A DNA stretch of 64,000 bases, taken from the NCBI GenBank assembly GCA_947451985.1, contig CANGBQ010000001.1:11471-75470 (forward strand), written 5' to 3'. Under the pieces are notes generated by a model. The model ran no database searches. It was not told where the DNA came from and saw nothing but the letters and a program-made list of their open reading frames with translations. The stretch comes from Chitinophagaceae bacterium. Its GTDB lineage: Bacteria; Bacteroidota; Bacteroidia; Chitinophagales; Chitinophagaceae. Below, one piece after another: positions 56,288 to 64,000 of the stretch; position 1 is the stretch's first letter, and every line of letters begins with the position of its first letter. The position numbers were made by a program, and so were the translations under genes.

Positions 56288-58132
56288 ATGACAGCAAAAC
56301 AAGAAATACTTCAGGAGGTAGTGATCAAATTTGCCGGTGACAGCGGAGACGGCATGCAGCTTACAGGAAGTCAGTTTACCAATAATACCGCATTGCTAGG
56401 AATCGATTTGGCAACCTTTCCCGATTTTCCAGCTGAAATTCGTGCGCCAATAGGAACCCTTCCCGGCGTGAGCGGTTATCAACTCCGATTCAGCAGCGAT
56501 TTAATCTATACACCCGGAGACGAATGTGATGTGCTGGTGGCTATGAATGCTGCTGCCCTCAAAGTGAATCTCAATGCCTTGAAAAAGGGAGGTATCATCA
56601 TTGTGAATGTGGATGGATTTGATGCTAAGAATTTACGGCTGGCCAACTATACGGATGGAGTCAACCCTCTGGAAGACCATAGTTTGGACAACTATGAGGT
56701 CATTAAGATGGATGTCACTAAAATGACGCGCGAGGCTTTGAAGGACTTTACCATGGGGACCAAAGAAAAGGACCGAGCTAAAAATATGTTTGTGCTGGGC
56801 TTTTTATACTGGATGTACAATCGGGACATGGACAATACCATTCAATTTTTTAAAGAGAAATTTTCTAAAAAGCCCGAAATCTTGGAAAGCAATATCAAAG
56901 CTTTGCAAGCCGGATATCATTATGCAGATACAACAGAAACTTTTTCTTCTCGATTTACTGTTTCCAAAGCAACCATGCAGCCCGGAACGTATCGATCCAT
57001 TATGGGCAACCAGGCATTGGCCTATGGATTAATAGCGGCTGCAGACAAAAGTGGCTTGCCTTTGTTTTTGGGCAGCTATCCCATTACCCCTGCTTCTGAT
57101 ATTTTACATGAATTGAGCCGTCATAAAAACTTTGGTATTAAAACGTTTCAAGCAGAAGACGAAATTGCTGCCGTTACTGCAGCAATTGGTGCGAGTTATG
57201 GCGGATCGATTGGAGTCACGACTACCTCTGGTCCAGGCATGGCATTAAAGACAGAAGCCATGGGGCTTGCCGTCATGTTGGAAATTCCATTGGTTATCTG
57301 TGATATTCAACGGGGCGGACCCAGCACGGGCCTTCCCACCAAAACCGAACAAAGTGATTTGTTGCAAGCCTACTACGGTAGAAATGGGGAATGCCCCATG
57401 CCCGTCATCTCCGCCTCCACACCCAGTGACTGTTTTGAAGTAGCTTTTGAAGCGGTTCGAATAGCCATTCAGCACATGACACCCGTGATATTGCTCAGTG
57501 ATGGATACATAGCCAATGGTGCAGAACCTTGGAAGTTTCCTCAATCCAACGAACTTCCTTCCATTGATATTCACTTTAAAACTGCACTAGAATCAACAGA
57601 AGAGACCTTTCAGCCTTATTTACGCAATGAGAAAGGCGTGAGGCCATGGGTGGTTCCGGGTACGCCCGGTCTGGAGCACAGAATAGGAGGGTTGGAAAAA
57701 CAAGACATCACCGGCAATATTAGCTATGATCCTGACAACCATCAAAAGATGGTACAGATCCGTCAACAAAAGGTGGACAACATCGCTGCATTTGTACCCA
57801 AGCAAACATTAGATAGCGGACCAGACAGCGGCAAAGTGTTGGTATTGGGCTGGGGCAGTACATACGGAGCGATCAAAACTGCTTGTAAAGAATTGCAGCA
57901 AGCAGGCCATTCTGTTTCGCATGCCCATTTGCGTTATATCCGTCCATTTCCCAGCAATCTGAAAGAAATCATCAGTCGTTTTGAAAAAGTATTGATACCT
58001 GAAATTAACAACGGACAATTGATTAAAATAATTCGAGATCAATTTTTGGTTGATGCAAAAGGCTATCATAAAATAAAGGGTGTTCCCATCACCAAGGGAG
58101 AACTGATTGAAGCCATCCAAGAAATGCTATAA
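56288..58132 (+). CDS. 2-oxoacid:acceptor (ferredoxin) oxidoreductase subunit alpha (gamma-alpha fusion, KorA-type)
   Basis: FAGDSGDGMQLTG, FPAEIRAP, YPITPA, QAEDEIAA, TTSGPG, QRGGPSTGLPTK.EQ.D. Confidence 0.92.
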   Translation: MTAKQEILQEVVIKFAGDSGDGMQLTGSQFTNNTALLGIDLATFPDFPAEIRAPIGTLPGVSGYQLRFSSDLIYTPGDECDVLVAMNAAALKVNLNALKKGGIIIVNVDGFDAKNLRLANYTDGVNPLEDHSLDNYEVIKMDVTKMTREALKDFTMGTKEKDRAKNMFVLGFLYWMYNRDMDNTIQFFKEKFSKKPEILESNIKALQAGYHYADTTETFSSRFTVSKATMQPGTYRSIMGNQALAYGLIAAADKSGLPLFLGSYPITPASDILHELSRHKNFGIKTFQAEDEIAAVTAAIGASYGGSIGVTTTSGPGMALKTEAMGLAVMLEIPLVICDIQRGGPSTGLPTKTEQSDLLQAYYGRNGECPMPVISASTPSDCFEVAFEAVRIAIQHMTPVILLSDGYIANGAEPWKFPQSNELPSIDIHFKTALESTEETFQPYLRNEKGVRPWVVPGTPGLEHRIGGLEKQDITGNISYDPDNHQKMVQIRQQKVDNIAAFVPKQTLDSGPDSGKVLVLGWGSTYGAIKTACKELQQAGHSVSHAHLRYIRPFPSNLKEIISRFEKVLIPEINNGQLIKIIRDQFLVDAKGYHKIKGVPITKGELIEAIQEML

Positions 58133-58149
58133 ATAAAAAGATCATTTAT

Positions 58150-58182
58150 TAAAAAAGCCGCTATGTCATAGCGGCTTTTTTA
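58150..58182. terminator. Bidirectional intrinsic terminator between the KorA-type gene and the DUF6089-like gene
   Basis: Perfect inverted repeat TAAAAAAGCCGCTAT-GTC-ATAGCGGCTTTTTTA. Confidence 0.9.
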
Positions 58183-58202
58183 ATCAGGTTACCCATATTT
58201 TT

Positions 58203-59135
58203 TTAACGAACTCTTTCTCTGCCGAAAGTAATTCCTGCTTTGATATTGAAAGAGAAGTATCCGTCATTATTTGTTGAATTTCCACGTTTTCCACCTGGTC
58301 CGGCTTTGTAGTCCAGTTGTCTGTCGTACAAGGCAACAGCATTATACAGCAAATCTCCAGTGAGCCCGTTGGTAGCAAATGTATTGGGATCAATGTATTT
58401 GGTGCTACAATCATCTAAATAGTCCGTATTCAATATTCTATACACAAACTCTGCCCTGAGATTAACTGAAGGAGATAGTTCGTATTTGAAACCAACCCCT
58501 ACCGGAATATTAATTTGCTTGAGTTTGTATTCTTTTCTGTCGGGGTATTCAACAAAACCTTGTCCTTCGGTGTGCAAGGGTTGCAATTCAATCAGTTGAT
58601 CTCCCAATCTGCCTTTTGGGTTATAAGAAAAATACCCAATTCCACCCATGATGTAAGGAGAGATGCGGGGAGGGTAAGTTTCGCTTTCTGCCCAATTCTT
58701 TAAAATAAAAAAGGGATGAATTTCTGTAACAAAAGAAAATTCGGTTATCGGCGTTTCGAAATTCAAATTACGATTGTAGCGTGCGTGCGCAATATCTGAA
58801 ACAGGTACATTTTTCAGTACGGCATCATCAGCGGCCACTTTTCCAAAAGTGGCTTCCAATCGGGCAGCAATCGCATTTTTATACAAGCAACTGAAAAAGA
58901 TGCTTCCGTTCATTTGGCTTTGACCCATGTTCAGATCCTTCACAAAACGCTGACCCAATCCTTTTTTACCGCCCAAATCGGTTAGGCAGTTCATTATGCC
59001 CACTGAACCGCCCACTTCAAACATAACGGGACTGTCATAGAAGTTGTCATTGTAAAAGTAGTACTGTGCTGAGGTTTTGTTTGCAATGCCCAAACTGAGC
59101 AATAACCAACCAAATACAATTGCCGTTTTTTTCAT
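58203..59135 (-). CDS. Outer-membrane beta-barrel protein, DUF6089/PorT-like
   Basis: Signal peptide, TDLGGK, RNLNF, LQPL.TEGQG, IPVGVGFKY, TDYLDD.S, RGN...ND.Y alternating beta-strand pattern. Confidence 0.7.
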   Translation of the reverse strand: MKKTAIVFGWLLLSLGIANKTSAQYYFYNDNFYDSPVMFEVGGSVGIMNCLTDLGGKKGLGQRFVKDLNMGQSQMNGSIFFSCLYKNAIAARLEATFGKVAADDAVLKNVPVSDIAHARYNRNLNFETPITEFSFVTEIHPFFILKNWAESETYPPRISPYIMGGIGYFSYNPKGRLGDQLIELQPLHTEGQGFVEYPDRKEYKLKQINIPVGVGFKYELSPSVNLRAEFVYRILNTDYLDDCSTKYIDPNTFATNGLTGDLLYNAVALYDRQLDYKAGPGGKRGNSTNNDGYFSFNIKAGITFGRERVR

Positions 59136-59214
59136 GATGCTTAAAACTATTAAATTTCTTTCAGTTTTTTGAACGATAGGCTACAAAATACGCCATTTTT
59201 TTTGAAAAATTAAT

Positions 59215-59853
59215 CTATTGGGTCTTTTGAAAGTGCTTACAAGCCAACTGTAGCCCACATTGGTCGCACTTAGGCTGCCTAGCTAAACATATATATCTCC
59301 CGTGTAAAATCAGCCAATGGTGCGCTTGGTGAACCCATTCGCTGGGTATGTGGCTAATCAATTGTTTTTCAGCAGCTAAGGGAGTTTTAGCACCGGTGGT
59401 AAGGCCTATCCGGGCACTCACCCTAAAAACGTGGGTGTCTACGGCCATGTTGGGTTGATGGTCAATGACCGAAGTGATTACATTGGCAGTTTTTCGTCCA
59501 ACTCCGGGTAACTCCACCAAGGCATCTACCTGCATGGGAACCTGTCCTTCATGTTTTTCTAACAACAGTTTGGCCATGCCAATCAGGTGCTTTGCTTTGT
59601 TGTTCGGGTAGGATATGCTTTTGATGAGTTGAAACATATCTTCCAAACGGGCCTGGCTCATGGCCACCGCATCAGGGTATTTTTTAAAAACAGCCGGGGT
59701 TACCATATTCACCCGTTTGTCGGTGCATTGTGCCGACAGGATGACGGCCACCAATAGTTGAAAAGGATTGTCATAGAACAATTCTGTTTCTGCAACAGGA
59801 ACGTGTTCTTGAAACCACTGTAGTACAAATTGATATCGCTGTTTTTTATTCAT
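59215..59853 (-). CDS. nth: Endonuclease III
   Basis: LLVAVILSAQCTDKRVN, HhH LPGVGRKTAN, VDTHV, C-x6-C-x2-C-x5-C Fe-S cluster. Confidence 0.96.
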   Translation of the reverse strand: MNKKQRYQFVLQWFQEHVPVAETELFYDNPFQLLVAVILSAQCTDKRVNMVTPAVFKKYPDAVAMSQARLEDMFQLIKSISYPNNKAKHLIGMAKLLLEKHEGQVPMQVDALVELPGVGRKTANVITSVIDHQPNMAVDTHVFRVSARIGLTTGAKTPLAAEKQLISHIPSEWVHQAHHWLILHGRYICLARQPKCDQCGLQLACKHFQKTQ

Positions 59854-59879
59854 AAAAAAACCCGTCTCATCGAAACGGG
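59854..59879 (-). terminator. Terminator-like hairpin whose U-tract directly precedes the nth ATG
   Basis: Minus strand CCCGTTTC-GAT-GAGACGGG (8 bp including one G-U pair), then T7, then ATG. Confidence 0.65.
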
Positions 59880-59903
59880 CAAAGGCTTCTTCAAATCAGT
59901 GTT

Positions 59904-60119
59904 TTAAGAAGACTGACCGTATTGTAAAATTTTTTCAATGCTTTCTTTTCTGGGCGAATAGGAAACGTTTGACAGCTCTTGCAAGGTATCTGTAAAGGAT
60001 TGATAAGTATCCTGCAAATGTGCATCTGTTTGCAAGGCCCGCTGTATGGCTTGGCTTCGGCTCGCAGGCACTTCGTTGTATAAATGCGAAACCAATTCTT
60101 CTATTGAAATATCAGCCAT
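59904..60119 (-). CDS. Small protein (71 aa) resembling a non-zinc anti-sigma N-terminal domain
   Basis: EELVSHLYNE.....Q.I..AL..D..L helical pattern; fits the minus-strand gene order between the FtsB-like gene and nth. Confidence 0.6.
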   Translation of the reverse strand: MADISIEELVSHLYNEVPASRSQAIQRALQTDAHLQDTYQSFTDTLQELSNVSYSPRKESIEKILQYGQSS

Positions 60120-60199
60120 ATGACTTGTCGATTGAATGGGTGAAAAAAGCGATTGTGGCTATAAAACGAGAAAGGAGTCGCTTTATTGCCTTTCGCTGG

Positions 60200-60511
60200 T
60201 TATTTGGATTGATTTTCAGGATTTTTTACCAAAAAAACATCCTCGTTGTCCTTTTTCATCAGGTATTTTTCTCGGGCGTACCGCTCAATGGTTTGAGCGC
60301 TTGTTTTGAGAAAAGACAATTCTTTTTTTGTTTCTGTGATCTGCTGATTGAGGGATTTTTCACTTTTCTGCAGATCTTTTAATTTCTGGTTTCTGTTGTA
60401 GATCAAACCCCAGTCTTTGGGATCAAAAAACGACATCCATACTAAAAAAACAGCCAAGGAAATAAAGTACTTGTTTTTAAGGATGGGGTAAATTCTTTCT
60501 ATCGCGGGCAT
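60200..60511 (-). CDS. Septum formation initiator (FtsB/DivIC family)
   Basis: One TM helix (KNKYF...WM.FFD), coiled coil, ERYAREKYLMKK.NE.VF; follows eno. Confidence 0.82.
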   Translation of the reverse strand: MPAIERIYPILKNKYFISLAVFLVWMSFFDPKDWGLIYNRNQKLKDLQKSEKSLNQQITETKKELSFLKTSAQTIERYAREKYLMKKDNEDVFLVKNPENQSK

Positions 60512-60579
60512 GTCAATACAGTTAATGTTGCTCCAATATAGGATTGTTTTTGAAATTCACCAACCCCCATTCAGGCAGT

Positions 60580-61869
60580 TTATTTACCAAATTTTATCTT
60601 ACCCGTTGGGTAAATCGCCCTGTCGCCTAGCATTTCCTCAATACGAATCAGCTGGTTGTATTTGGCCATCCGGTCGCTTCTGGAAGCAGAGCCGGTTTTG
60701 ATCTGACCACAATTCAATGCCACTGCTAAATCGGCAATGGTACTGTCTTCTGTTTCGCCGCTGCGGTGGCTCATGATGGTATTGTATCCGTTGTGCTGGG
60801 CCATGGTCACAGCATTGATGGTTTCAGTCAAGGTGCCAATCTGGTTCACTTTCACCAACAAGCCATTTGCAATATTCTGTGTGATGCCCTTCTCAAGTCT
60901 TTTTACGTTTGTTACAAACAAATCATCTCCCACCAATTGGCATTTGCTGCCAATGGTTTCTGTTAGCATTTTCCATCCTTTCCAATCGTCTTCGGCCATT
61001 CCGTCTTCTACAGAAATGATGGGGTATTGTCTTACCCAACTTTCCCAAAACTTCACCAATTGTTCACTGGTTAATTTTTTGCCATTGCTTTTATGGAAAA
61101 TATATTTTTTCTCTTTGGCATTCCACAATTCGCTATTGGCGGCATCCATTGCAATAGATACTTGACTTCCTGTTTTGTAGCCAGCCGCTTGAATAGCGGT
61201 CAACACGGTTTCAATAGCCTCTTCATTGCTCTGTATATTAGGCGCAAAACCACCTTCATCTCCTACGTTGGTGCTGAACCCTTTTTTCTTTAGGACTGTT
61301 TTCAACGCATGAAAAATATCTACACCCCATTGCAGGCCTTCGCTGAAACTTTTCGCGCCCACCGGCATCACCATGAATTCTTGAAAATCAATTTTGTTAT
61401 CAGCATGCGCGCCACCATTCAAGATGTTCATCATGGGAATAGGCAAAATGCTTGCATTGGTTCCGCCGATATATCTGTACAAGGGCAAGTTCGCTTCCAA
61501 TGCAGCAGCTTTGGCCACTGCCAAACTCACTGCCAACATAGCATTGGCGCCTAATTTACCTTTGTTTTCAGTTCCATCCAATTGAATCATCATGGCATCG
61601 ATGCCGGTTTGATCCGCCACATCCCATCCCAATAAATGATCTGCTAAAACCGTGTTCACGTTTTTCACTGCTTTCAATACTCCCTTTCCGCCATATATTT
61701 TTTTATTATTATCTCTTAATTCCACTGCTTCATGGATGCCGGTACTGGCGCCGCTTGGAACAGCAGCTCTGCCCAGTCTTTCATTTTCAGTTAACACATC
61801 TACTTCTATGGTAGGATTTCCTCTGCTGTCTAGGATCTGACGGGCATGTATGGATGCGATGTAGCTCAT
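60580..61869 (-). CDS. eno: Enolase
   Basis: [62 protein letters not shown]. Confidence 0.98.
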   Translation of the reverse strand: MSYIASIHARQILDSRGNPTIEVDVLTENERLGRAAVPSGASTGIHEAVELRDNNKKIYGGKGVLKAVKNVNTVLADHLLGWDVADQTGIDAMMIQLDGTENKGKLGANAMLAVSLAVAKAAALEANLPLYRYIGGTNASILPIPMMNILNGGAHADNKIDFQEFMVMPVGAKSFSEGLQWGVDIFHALKTVLKKKGFSTNVGDEGGFAPNIQSNEEAIETVLTAIQAAGYKTGSQVSIAMDAANSELWNAKEKKYIFHKSNGKKLTSEQLVKFWESWVRQYPIISVEDGMAEDDWKGWKMLTETIGSKCQLVGDDLFVTNVKRLEKGITQNIANGLLVKVNQIGTLTETINAVTMAQHNGYNTIMSHRSGETEDSTIADLAVALNCGQIKTGSASRSDRMAKYNQLIRIEEMLGDRAIYPTGKIKFGK

Positions 61870-61935
61870 ATAAAAGGTTTAAATGTTTATTTTTTGCAAA
61901 TTAACGACCTTTCTCGCTGTGTTCAAAATCAAAAA

Positions 61936-62841
61936 TCAGTGAGTAAGTGAGGTGAAAACCTCTTCCAGGTCTTGTTTTTGGCTATGTAGAGAAACAATAT
62001 TCAAGTTTGATTGCAGGCTCATTTCAAGCAATTGCTTTTTGACTTGTTCGGGTTGATTCGTTTCGATTTTGAATTGATTTGCCGACAGGTTGGTGATTGC
62101 CGTGCACCCTTTTATGGATGATAGGAGTGAGTAGGGGATTGTTTCTTCAAATTCAACCATTACAAAATGATGGGTGTCGACGCCCTTTTTCAAGTGTTGA
62201 ACAGTATTGTCGGCCACAATGTTTCCCTGGTGAATGATGATCACTCGTTCACAAATCGCCTCAACCTCTTGCATGATATGAGAAGAAAACAAAATGGTTT
62301 TGTGTTGTCCCAGTTGTTTGATCACTTCTCTGATTTCAAGCATTTGATTGGGATCCAATCCGGACGTGGGTTCATCCAAGATCAACACTTCGGGATTGTG
62401 AATCAACGCTGCTGCCAATCCGACCCGTTGTTTATATCCTTTGCTCAGCTGGCCAATTTTTTTATGTGCTTCCGATTGCAATCCAACCAATGCAATCGTT
62501 TCTTGCAATCGAACTGTTTTTTGGTCTAGTTGATGGATAGATGCCACAAACTCCAAGTATTCTCTTACATACATTTCAGGATACAATGGATTGGCTTCGG
62601 GCAAATAGCCGATTTTTGCTTTGGTGTCAACACTGTTTTTGAGAACAGGTATTCCGCAAATTTCCATTTGTCCGCTGCTGGGTTCGATGCTACCGGTGAG
62701 CATTTTCATAGTGGTGGATTTACCTGCCCCATTGGGGCCCAGAAATCCTACAATTTCACCCTTATTGACTTGAAAAGAAATATTGTTGACAGCCAGTTGC
62801 TGTCCATATTGCTTTGAAAGATGTTGAACTGAAATTGACAC
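61936..62841 (-). CDS. gldA: ABC transporter ATP-binding protein, GldA-like (gliding motility)
   Basis: GFLGPNGAGKSTT, LSKGYKQRVG, LILDEPTSGLDPNQ, SSH; GldA-like N-terminus. GTG start. Confidence 0.72.
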   Translation of the reverse strand: MSISVQHLSKQYGQQLAVNNISFQVNKGEIVGFLGPNGAGKSTTMKMLTGSIEPSSGQMEICGIPVLKNSVDTKAKIGYLPEANPLYPEMYVREYLEFVASIHQLDQKTVRLQETIALVGLQSEAHKKIGQLSKGYKQRVGLAAALIHNPEVLILDEPTSGLDPNQMLEIREVIKQLGQHKTILFSSHIMQEVEAICERVIIIHQGNIVADNTVQHLKKGVDTHHFVMVEFEETIPYSLLSSIKGCTAITNLSANQFKIETNQPEQVKKQLLEMSLQSNLNIVSLHSQKQDLEEVFTSLTH

Positions 62842-62875
62842 TGAAACTTATTTTATAAACCGCTTACAATAGCTG

Positions 62876-64000
62876 TTATGCGTTGGGTGCTTTGGAAGAT
62901 GGGCCGTTGTTTCTTCCTGGTCTGCCCCTGTTGGGTTGCGGCGACCTTTGTCCTGGCCCAGCAGAACGTGGTTGACCTTGTGATGGCCGCGGCGCATTGG
63001 ATTGAGGACCTCTTCCCGATCCGCTCCGAGCATTGCTTTGCCCACCGCGTTGTTGGTTCCTTTCTTTCTCTCTTCTTTTACGGGTTGTTTTTTCGAGGCT
63101 TTTCAAACTGATCTGTCCTACAATATCCGCGTACTCTGGTTCTACTTCTTTGGGTTTGCCGGTAATGACTTCAGCTGTCTCCAATTCTTCTGGACGGATG
63201 CCTTCTCTGTTCTGAGATTTGATTTTCTTTACCGTTTCAATCGACAATGGATATTGTTTATTGCTGTCAGGCAATGTATACCACATTAAATTTCTGAATA
63301 TATCTTTCTTTACTAAATAGGCGCGACCTTTTGCTACTTCAAGCGAATCTGCATCGGTAGGAAAAAATTGCAAAGCATCCATATAAGTATCCAGCTCATA
63401 ATTCAAACAACATTTAAGCCTTCCACACTGTCCGCTCAATTTGGTTTGGTTGATGCTGAGGTTTTGATAGCGGGCTGCATTGGTGTTCACGCTTTTGAAA
63501 TCAGTCAGCCAGGTGCTGCAACACAGTTCACGTCCACAGCTCCCAATACCACCTACTTTACCGGCCTCTTGACGAGCACCGATTTGTCTCATCTCTACTT
63601 TTACTTTGAACTCGCCGGCGTATAATTTAATCAGCTCTCTGAAATCGACCCTGTCATCAGCAATGTAGAAGAAAGTGGCTTTGCGTCCGTCGGCTTGTAT
63701 TTCTACTTCGGCCATTTTTAATTCCAACTTCAATTGTCTGGCAATGGCGCGGCTCCGAATCAACACCTGCGCTTCGCGCGCTTTGGTTTCTTTCAATTTG
63801 TCCAGGTCTTGCTCTGTGGCCCTGCGCAGTATTTTTTTGAGGTCGTTGTTTTTTTCGTCGATGTTGTTTTTTTTCAACTGCAACCTTACCAACTCTCCAG
63901 TCAAGTTCACCATGCCCACGTCAAAGCCGCTGGCGCCTTCTACGGCCACCCATTCGCCTTTTTCAAAATAATGTACAGTAGTATTTCTGAAATATTCTTT
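62876..64000 (-). CDS. PSP1/RicT (YaaT)-family protein, 5'-truncated by the window edge
   Basis: Frame open to the window end (KEYFRNTT...). TFFY.AD.RVDFRELI, GIGSCGRELCC, KLSGQCGRLKCCLNYE. Confidence 0.87.
   Translation of the reverse strand, partial: KEYFRNTTVHYFEKGEWVAVEGASGFDVGMVNLTGELVRLQLKKNNIDEKNNDLKKILRRATEQDLDKLKETKAREAQVLIRSRAIARQLKLELKMAEVEIQADGRKATFFYIADDRVDFRELIKLYAGEFKVKVEMRQIGARQEAGKVGGIGSCGRELCCSTWLTDFKSVNTNAARYQNLSINQTKLSGQCGRLKCCLNYELDTYMDALQFFPTDADSLEVAKGRAYLVKKDIFRNLMWYTLPDSNKQYPLSIETVKKIKSQNREGIRPEELETAEVITGKPKEVEPEYADIVGQISLKSLEKTTRKRREKERNQQRGGQSNARSGSGRGPQSNAPRPSQGQPRSAGPGQRSPQPNRGRPGRNNGPSSKAPNA

Noticed and set aside
60146-60184. AAAGCGA/TCGCTTT inverted repeat between the FtsB-like gene and the 71-aa ORF
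   Set aside because: 7-bp stem with a 25-nt loop and the U-run inside the stem; too weak to call a terminator without data.
546-63971. More than 100 short alternative-frame or antisense ORFs in the track (e.g. 7887-8498, 28821-29372, 35696-36277)
   Set aside because: All lie within well-supported genes, show no recognisable motifs, and look like shadow ORFs.
1-64000. CRISPR arrays, tRNA/rRNA genes, IS elements, integrases, prophage or defence islands
   Set aside because: No regularly spaced direct repeats, cloverleaf or rRNA signatures, transposase or integrase motifs, or evident compositional shift were seen by eye. The intergenic gaps are short and are mostly explained.

Overview
Core-genome window of a Bacteroidota bacterium, probably Chitinophagales-like. 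That assignment is inferred from TAnnTTTG -7 promoter elements, A-rich starts without Shine-Dalgarno motifs, and GldA-like, S46 peptidase and DUF6089-like genes. It holds 53 densely packed CDSs (2 cut by the window edges) for DNA repair (PcrA/UvrD, RecO, MutL, Nth, Tag), translation (PrfA, AlaS, RsfS, QueA), central metabolism (CarB, PurH, Acs, Kbl, Eno, RpiB, KorA-type alpha subunit, LutB/LutC-like), envelope and peptidoglycan functions, and redox proteins. I saw no rRNA, tRNA, CRISPR array, prophage, IS element or obvious compositional island. The strongest candidate for something undescribed is non-coding: a putative ~80-nt minus-strand sRNA between prfA and tatC (12749-12828). It has a sigma54-type -24/-12 promoter, a 5' hairpin, an intrinsic terminator, and a UUUUUUCAUA segment complementary to UAUGAAAAAA start regions. 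Other leads are a terminator whose U-tract abuts the nth start codon, a stand-alone anti-sigma-like 71-aa protein, a MerR regulator with a clamp-motif-like N-terminal tail, a MutL with eroded endonuclease motifs, an arginase-fold protein missing metal ligands, an orphan 2-oxoacid oxidoreductase alpha gene, and tag wedged into a pnuC-nadR operon. All family calls come from motif recognition by eye; no database search was run.
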